Origin: Alphaproteobacteria bacterium
Lineage (GTDB): Bacteria > Pseudomonadota > Alphaproteobacteria > MPNO01 > UBA830
NCBI GenBank assembly: GCA_964291215.2
Contig: OZ219790.1
Span: forward strand, 2,208,001-2,272,000
Reading direction: 5' to 3'
Length of the DNA: 64,000 bases
This document shows, piece by piece, positions 57,110 through 64,000 of this stretch (position 1 is the stretch's first letter; every line of letters starts with the position of its first letter). The position numbers and the translations under genes are program-made. The notes under the pieces were generated by a model. That model was not told where the DNA came from and made no database searches. It was given only the letters and a program-made list of their open reading frames with translations.

Positions 57110-60100
57110 GGTACTGTAACTTGATGTCTGGAAATTTGTCTGAGGTTTGCGCTTTGAGGCGTTTCACTGGGGGGGCTAGCCCTGCCGTGTCATGACAAAT
57201 CTGGTTGACAATGGTTTACGTGTTCACGCGTGTCTTTGTCTATCCCGGAACCCGATTTCCCGGCCGATTTGGTGACCCAGTGCGGCGCTGGTGTGTCTGG
57301 CCACATGATCTGGTGACCCGGGCGTGCTTTCGGTCGCGGTAGCCGCCGAGATGGGCGACCAGGTGCACCGCATCGGCGAGACGCTCCGGTTCCTTCAGGG
57401 CGTACTTGTGTGCGTAGTCGCGCGAGTTCGCTGTCGGTGAACATCAGCTGCGGCTCGCACCTGGCGGCCGAGCAGGGTCATGACCATGATGCGCCATGCG
57501 ATGACGGCGTTGATCGCCCGCTGCAGGCGGTGCGGAACAGCAGGTGTTCCACCCTGCATCCGGATTTGAGCACGTAATCCTCGATTCGCCAGCGCTGAAG
57601 GTAGAAGCCGACGATGTCGGCCGCCTCCTTCGCCAACCCGCACGGTGGTCAGCAGGCACCGGGATCCTCACCCTCGGGCGCTCCCTGACCCCGTGCAGGG
57701 ACACCGGCTTCGCGCTGGGGGCGGTGCCCGTCACGGGCAGCGTGACGGACCGCAACTCGCCAGGCGCTTCTGTCGCGCGGGCCTTCTTCCGGCTGGCTTG
57801 CTCCGTCAGTCCCTCGATCTCAATCAGGCCTGCACCGCCGGCCATGACGGCGAACAGCCTTCCCTCCTTCAGCACCCTGTCATGCTTGGCGCGCAGATCG
57901 ACGCGGGGCAAGCGCGTGTCGAACAGCTCGAAGATGTCGGCTTCCCGACGGAGATGACGCGCGTCTTGCCGCCGGGGTGGCAGCGGCGATATCCTTGAAC
58001 CCCTCGAGCCAGCGCTGCGGCGTGTCTCCTGCGACCGGGGCTTCACCGGACCCAGCACCCCGAGTGGCAGGTCAGTCACCGCCAGGGTCGCGTGCAGGCT
58101 TGAGGCCCCGGTCTGGTTCTCACCTGCAGGCCGTCGCAGCCGGGAGAAGTTCAGGTCCGTGCCGCAAGAACCGTCTTCTGGCCACGGATGCGCCGGATGC
58201 TGCGCTCACGGTGCGGCGCAAGAATGTTCGCCGGCGTGATCTCCGAGGGCGACCATCCGGTAAAACGCATTGATCGCGGTGTTGTCGGCGCTGGGAGACG
58301 CATTGATCTTCTGACCGGCCGCCAGAAGGCTGGCGCTCCAGGCGCGCAGAAAGTCGCTTGTCACCCCCCTCCAAACTCGTTCTGCGCCCAGTCGTTCAGA
58401 CCTTCGCCCGGCGAGGGCGCATGATCGACCTCCCCAGCTTCCTGCGCGCTCCAGTTCGGCCACGAAGACCGTCTTCACCGTCTCCCAGTGCTCCCGATCC
58501 TGCCGGCCTTCGGTCCTGCACAGGAAGTTGGCCGCGCGCAGGCAGGGTAACCTTCATCGGCAAAACTGAGCCATGGTCGAAACGGTCCTCGAAGTCACGC
58601 GGCGCAGGATGCGCACATGGCTGGCTAGATGCGGGCAGAGCACCTGATCAAGAAACGGCTCAGACAGACGATCCGCTGCAGGTGGTTCCGGCGCTGCCCG
58701 TCGTTCCATCCAGCGGTCCCGCGCCGCGCGGCGGCGGCAAACCCCGCTGCGCCACCCGTGCGCCGAGCCCACGAGATATTGGCAGCCGGCGAAGGTCGTC
58801 GCGGGTGTTCACGCGCAATCAGCGTGACCGCTCGGTCAATACGATCCCCGACCACGATGATCCCGAATGCGCGCGCCGGAACCTCTGCAGCGATACCAAC
58901 AGGCGAGGCCGGCGGTCGATTGTCGGTGACTTCGGCACCGGCAGGACGATCTCCGGGCGCCCTCAGCGCCTTCATGCAGCCGGCAAGCTGCAGACGGCCG
59001 CGCGCGTCGACAAAGGCAAACTCCTCGCAGACGACCCAGAGCCGACCGGCTGTCGAACTGCTCACAGGACAGCAGCGACGCGATCCGCGCAACTGCTGCC
59101 TCGTCCCGCAATGTGCGGCTGATCTGAGACTGTGACATGGGACACTTATGCCACGCCGAAACACCGTTGTTCAGCTAAAATTTCCGTGACATGCGAGGGC
59201 TAGCCCCCCCAGTGAAACGCGGCGCCATCGTGCTATCCCATGGAGCTGTAAACATTCATGGAGGAAGCGAATGGACCTGCGACACACTACGACGATCGGG
59301 ACTGTTTTGGAACATCTGATCGCAAACGGAGCAACGGATCTGGGGCGGGTCTTTGGCCAGCTCTTCGAGCTTGCGATGCAAATCGAGCGCGAGCAGCACT
59401 TGAAAGCGGGCCACTGGACACCGGAGCGACAGGGCTATGCCAACGGCTACAAGCGGATCGACACCCCCACTGTTGCCGTTCAGGTGCCAAACGGTCACGG
59501 GGACGACCCCCCCCCCCCCAGTCGCTTGAACGCGGCCAGCGATCTTCTCGCGCCGTAGCCGAGATGTACATCAAGGGTGTTTCCACACGGCAGGATGTAA
59601 TGCGCGAGTTCGGGAGCCTGTCCTCTTCTCAGGGGCCACCAGGTTGCTCGATGAAGAACTCGCCGCGCAACCGGCCCCTGATGAAATACCTGGATGCGCG
59701 CTACGAAAAAGCCCGCCATGACAGCGTTGTGCGCGATGTTGCAGTGCTCTCGGCCATCGGAATAGGGGCTGCAGGCACGTTCTGGGGCTTTCTGTGGCGC
59801 TCTCCGAGGCCGAGGTCCATTGGAGAGCCTTCCTGGAAAGCTTGCTAGCCCTGCATGGTACGACCTTCATCGTCTCGGATGCCGGGTTGAAAGCGGCACG
59901 ACGCGCGGTGCTGGGCGCGGCGACATGGCAGCGCTGCCAGTTCCACCTGGCGCAAAACGCCGTGCACCGAACAACGACATCAGGAAACGTATCGGAAAAC
60001 AGCTCGGAGCCACGCCTCCTCACTTCAAACCGCCGAGGCTGAACTGGGCGCCCTCGTGGCCAGCTATCGCAACAAGCATCCTGGCTTCCTGGCTGGAAAA

Positions 60101-60369
60101 CAATGCGGGGCTCGCTGTCTTCACCTTGCCCGATGCTCACCGCAAGCGCATGCGAACCTCGAACGGCATCAAGCGACCGATCCAGCAAGAGCTCAAGCGG
60201 CGCACCTCCAAAGCCAGGGTCTTTCCGAACCTCGCCTCGTTGGAGCGCCTCTCAACCGCGGTCCTCGTCGAGGTCGACGAAAAATGGGAAACCGAAACCA
60301 AGATCAAATGGGAACAGCTCGATGACTGAGAGCTTCACGACAATTTCCAGACATCAGGTTGCGTAATCC
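57110..60369 (+). mobile_element. IS256-family copy with an IS4-family element inserted in its leader
   Basis: Same IRL/IRR and frameshifted transposase as 21253-22481. Confidence 0.9.
57181..59200 (-). mobile_element. IS4 (IS50/Tn5-like) element, degenerate
   Basis: Imperfect IRs CCCTGCCGTGTCATG / GTGACATGCGAGGG, CTAG duplicated; GDKRLSARL, READIFELF, RWRIEDY..LKSGC, RPGHQIMW. Confidence 0.82.
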
Positions 60370-60557
60370 GCTTTTCTGTAACGCCTCAATCTGGCATCGC
60401 TCTTCGTAGGCCAGGTGACGGTAGCCTTTGGACATGAACAAGCTCCCTCCATCTTGTACAGGAACTTTCGCCGCTGCTGGACAGCTCCGCAACATCATGC
60501 GTCTAAAAACACATGGCCACAGCCCATCATGTGTTGCACTTCACTATGGAACGGGGG
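60370..60557 (-). mobile_element. IS30-family 5' fragment
   Basis: MSKGYRHLAYEERCQIEAL (IS30-type N-terminal HTH). Confidence 0.78.
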
Positions 60558-60773
60558 GATCCATTTTGCCAGCGGTCTCTGTCGTTGCTCTATGGAAAGG
60601 TTGTCAGAGTTACCGTTTATCCTTTGGCTTAGCCGAGTTACTTCCACCGCCAATTTGCCATCCACAACGAAATCAGGCGGATCGTTGCACTGATTCCGAA
60701 TATCACCGTATCCTTGGGCCTTCAGCCACTTCTGGGCAATGACTTCATCGTGGTTTTCGTGCTGGCTGCTCAT
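60558..60773 (-). pseudogene. Truncated putative PD-(D/E)xK-like protein
   Basis: E......DPPDFVVDG.LAVEVT; cut by the IS30 end. Confidence 0.45.
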
Positions 60774-60807
60774 TTCAAACTCCGTATTGCGGCCTGTTTT
60801 GCCCAAG

Positions 60808-63636
60808 TCACCTTGAGGCTGATCCGCGCACCCGATGCCTGGAGCGTCGTTTCGGTTGCCGGCGCATGACAGTATCCAGAGGCACGCGCATGCTCTCATA
60901 CAGCATGAACAGGTGCTCGACCCGTTCGCGCTCGGAGGAGAACCGCCTCTGCCGGTATAGCCGGTCCACCGCTCGGTCGAGGCGCGTGTGGGCGCGGCGG
61001 AGGGTTGGGGGCATGAGGTCAGGGTCGTAGAGGTCGGCCAGCGTCGCGCCCGGATGGCCGGCACGGGCGTCGAGGACGGCCTGAGCCAGCGGCTCCAGAT
61101 TCGACAACAGGTCCGCCTCGCCGGAAGCGAAGCCGGGCGGGGTCGGGAAGGTGTTGTAGACGAGACCGATGGAATAACGGTAATCGCTCTTGAGCCGCCC
61201 ACCGACATGGCGCAACCATGCCATGTGCATCGCCGAGGTGAGCAGTGCGAAGTCGGTCAGGGTCGCGTTTTCCAGAACGCGGACGAGGTTGCTGGGAATC
61301 GTTGGAGGCTCCAGCCAGCCGATGGGCGCGTATTCTCGCCGCTCCGAACTGACCTCGGGGATCACCAGGAACGGCGAGGTGGGGATGACGTTGACATGGT
61401 AGAGCGTCGGTGTCGTCGCGAGTTTGCGTGTCGGCGCGCTCTTGCTGGCCTCGCGGTAGGAGCGAACGGCAGCGATCCGCTTACGGACGCGCGGCAACTG
61501 CGCCAGCACCCCGGGCGATGTGTCTTGCAAGGCCAGAATCCACCGCTCGCCGCCTTGCAGATACTCGCGAGCGCCGACATAGGGGCGCAAATATGGCGCG
61601 GCGTCCGGTTCCGCTTCCAATAGTTCGGCGCGTTCCGCCGCGTCGAAGATGTAGTTGCCGCCGTCAATGGGCTTGGAGCCGATGATCAGTCGTCCCATCC
61701 CGTTGATCGGCGCGCTTTCCTCCCGCACCACCAGATGCGGGTCCGACAGCCCGCCCGCATCGAACAGATAGGGTGACAGCGCCCCGTGGCGGCTTTCCTC
61801 CGGGTCGCCGTTGATGTCGGGATAGCTGAACAGCCGCTTCTCCGGCCGCGCGGCCGCGCGCCGGTCGAGGCCGAGGATGACGACATGCACATGCGCCTTG
61901 CCGCGCGCATCCGATCCCCATGCGAAGGTCCGGTGCGCGAAGGCGATCTCCAGCTTGCAGCGCCCGAACAGCACCGGCCATAGCTGCGCGACCTGCTCGC
62001 CCTGCGTGATCGAGTTGGTCGCGACAAAGCCGACCCGGGCATCGCCGCCCTTCACATACTCTCCTGCCTTGATGAACCATGCGGCGACGTAATCGAGCGT
62101 GCCGCCGCTCTTGCCGAGGGCCGCGATCCCGCGCACCTGCGCGCGCTGGTCCGGCGTCTGGTATTTCGCGCCGACGAACGGCGGATTGCCCAGCACGAAC
62201 GAACACTCGCCCGGCGGCAGCAATTCGGACCAGTCGGTTTCCAGCGCGTCGCCGTGGACGATATGCGGCGACTTCTCGAGCGGGATCCGCGCGTAGCTCC
62301 GGCCGAACTCCAGACTCAGCCGGTTGTTCATGATGTGGTCCATCATCCACAACGCGGTCTCCGCGATCCGGGTCGGGAACTCGCCCAGCTCGATCCCGTG
62401 GAACTGATCCACATCCACCACCGACTGCCATGCGGTGTCGAGCACTGCCTGTCCGGTCGCGGCGGTCACCTCCCGAATGTCGCGGATGACCTCGATTTCC
62501 AGCAGCCGCAATTCCCGGTAGGCGATGATGAGGAAGTTGCCGCAGCCGCACGCCGGGTCGAAAAACGTCAGGCGGCCGAGCTTCGCCTGGAACTGGCGCA
62601 GCGCCGCGAGGCGGCCCCGGCGCGCTTTCACCCGCCCGAACTCCGCGCGCAGGTCGTCCATGAACAGCGGCTCCATCACCTTGAGGATGTTCTTCTCGGT
62701 CGTGTAGTGCGCCCCTTGGGCGCGGCGCTCCGCCGGGTCCATCACCGACTGGAACAGCGCACCGAAGATCGCGGGAGAGATGTTCGACCAGTCGAAGCGG
62801 CAGGCGTCCAGCAACGCCCCGCGCATCGCCGTGTCGAACGAGAAGGTCCGCAGATGCCCCTCGAACAGGTCGCCGTTGACATAGGGGAACCGCGCCAGGT
62901 CCTCGTCGAGCGTCGCCGCGCGCTCGTCCTCCGGGGTGTCGAGCACCTCGAACAGTTGCGCGAGCCATGGCCCGAGATCGGCCCCGTCCTCGCCGGTGCG
63001 CGTTTCGATGAAGTCGAGGAAGATGTCGCGCGGCTCGAACACCCCGGTGTCGTCGGCGAACATGCAAAACACGACCCGCACAAGGAAGCGTTCGAGATCG
63101 TGGCCCCCGTGTCCGGCATCGGCGAGCGCGTCGTGCAGCCGCCCGACCAGCTCGGCGGCTTCGATGTTCGCCGGGTCCTGGTCCCGGAACGTCCGGCGCT
63201 GCACGCCTAGGATGAAGCCGAACGACTCGACATGCGCGGGCAGGTCCGCCAGCGGGAAGACAACGGTCCCCCGCTCGTCGAGATCATGAAGCTCGAAGGT
63301 CCGGAAGTCGCTCACCAGGATGAAGCGCGGGCGCTCGCGGTCCGGCAGCGCTTCGAAATACTCCCCGGCCTGTTCGTACGCTCTCCGGAGATCGCGCCCG
63401 GCGCTCTTCTGCTCGACGAGCAGCACGCCCGGCCAGAACAGGTCGATGAAGCCCGAACGGTCGTCGAGCTTCGCGACATGCGCCTCGTAGCGGGCGACGT
63501 TGCGGCGCCGCACACCGAACACATCGAAGAAGGCGTTGTAGAAGCTCTGCGTCTCGCCCTTCTCATAGGCCGCATCGCGCCACTCTTCGGCGAAGGCCGC
63601 CGCCCGTGCCCGCACCTCGTTCCACGACAGACGCAC
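60808..63636 (-). CDS. MmeI-family type IIL restriction-modification enzyme (REase-m6A MTase-TRD fusion)
   Basis: GFIDLFWPG.LLVEQKS, GAHYT, DPACGCGNFL, GNPPF, TLADLYDP; 942 aa. Confidence 0.92.
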   Translation of the reverse strand: MRLSWNEVRARAAAFAEEWRDAAYEKGETQSFYNAFFDVFGVRRRNVARYEAHVAKLDDRSGFIDLFWPGVLLVEQKSAGRDLRRAYEQAGEYFEALPDRERPRFILVSDFRTFELHDLDERGTVVFPLADLPAHVESFGFILGVQRRTFRDQDPANIEAAELVGRLHDALADAGHGGHDLERFLVRVVFCMFADDTGVFEPRDIFLDFIETRTGEDGADLGPWLAQLFEVLDTPEDERAATLDEDLARFPYVNGDLFEGHLRTFSFDTAMRGALLDACRFDWSNISPAIFGALFQSVMDPAERRAQGAHYTTEKNILKVMEPLFMDDLRAEFGRVKARRGRLAALRQFQAKLGRLTFFDPACGCGNFLIIAYRELRLLEIEVIRDIREVTAATGQAVLDTAWQSVVDVDQFHGIELGEFPTRIAETALWMMDHIMNNRLSLEFGRSYARIPLEKSPHIVHGDALETDWSELLPPGECSFVLGNPPFVGAKYQTPDQRAQVRGIAALGKSGGTLDYVAAWFIKAGEYVKGGDARVGFVATNSITQGEQVAQLWPVLFGRCKLEIAFAHRTFAWGSDARGKAHVHVVILGLDRRAAARPEKRLFSYPDINGDPEESRHGALSPYLFDAGGLSDPHLVVREESAPINGMGRLIIGSKPIDGGNYIFDAAERAELLEAEPDAAPYLRPYVGAREYLQGGERWILALQDTSPGVLAQLPRVRKRIAAVRSYREASKSAPTRKLATTPTLYHVNVIPTSPFLVIPEVSSERREYAPIGWLEPPTIPSNLVRVLENATLTDFALLTSAMHMAWLRHVGGRLKSDYRYSIGLVYNTFPTPPGFASGEADLLSNLEPLAQAVLDARAGHPGATLADLYDPDLMPPTLRRAHTRLDRAVDRLYRQRRFSSERERVEHLFMLYESMRVPLDTVMRRQPKRRSRHRVRGSASR

Positions 63637-63639
63637 GGC

Positions 63640-64000
63640 TTACGGCACGTCCTGATCGAAATAGTCTTCATCGATCCGCTTGACCTCGTAACGAAGCCGC
63701 GTCCGCACGCCGATTCCGTGCCGGACCATAAGCCGCGCCAGTTCTTCGCCGTCGATCAGGACGATCCGCTTCGGACTCCGAGCCACATAGTCCTTGGCGG
63801 CGCGCGTGAAGCCGGAGGTGGTGACGAAAACGCCCTTCGTCGTGCCTGCGGCGTCGATCGCGCCCGCAAAGTTGCGCAGCTCGCCTTCGCCCACAGTGTT
63901 GCCTTCCGCGTATTTCTTCGCCTGCACGTAAACCTCGTCCAGACCCAGCGCATCCTCCCGGACCGTGCCGTCGATTCCGCCATCGCCCGAACGTCCCGTC
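63640..64000 (-). CDS. mrr: Mrr-family type IV restriction endonuclease, 5' end beyond window
   Basis: GDGGIDG..RED.LGLD.VYVQAKKY, KGVFVTTS.F, IDEDYF. Confidence 0.93.
   Translation of the reverse strand, partial: TGRSGDGGIDGTVREDALGLDEVYVQAKKYAEGNTVGEGELRNFAGAIDAAGTTKGVFVTTSGFTRAAKDYVARSPKRIVLIDGEELARLMVRHGIGVRTRLRYEVKRIDEDYFDQDVP

Overview
High-GC bacterial chromosome segment, Alphaproteobacteria-like by gene style (inference). Intact core blocks: panC-panB, DMT transporter, RlmI-like methyltransferase, GST, tRNA-Ser(GGA); rhodanese-dnaA-dnaN-recF-gyrB; acs-Rieske-EVE-gpsA-2OG-Fe(II) oxygenase-hydrolase-cupin. These alternate with dense nests of degenerate IS elements (IS66, IS256, IS630, ISKra4, ISAs1, IS110, IS4/Tn5-like, IS30, one MITE). 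Accessory cargo includes an RTX-repeat pseudogene, an alpha-carbonic anhydrase, an orphan MobF relaxase with degenerate helicase motifs, and a secreted hydrolase/FGE/SnoaL module. A defence island at about 50.3-64 kb holds an AbiE type IV TA, CapP/CapH regulators, an E2-only (type II short) CBASS with patatin effector, an MmeI-like type IIL RM enzyme and Mrr. Most notable: (1) IS66-family elements carry a Dam/D12-like DNA adenine methylase gene ahead of the transposase; (2) the IS256 leader contains a long CTAG-centred palindrome hit independently by IS630 and IS4 elements; (3) the CBASS cyclase is frameshifted by one perfect 19-bp tandem duplication; (4) microdeletions are concentrated in IS sequences, which is either an assembly artefact or a repeat-specific erosion process. 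All calls come from reading motifs by eye; no searches were run.
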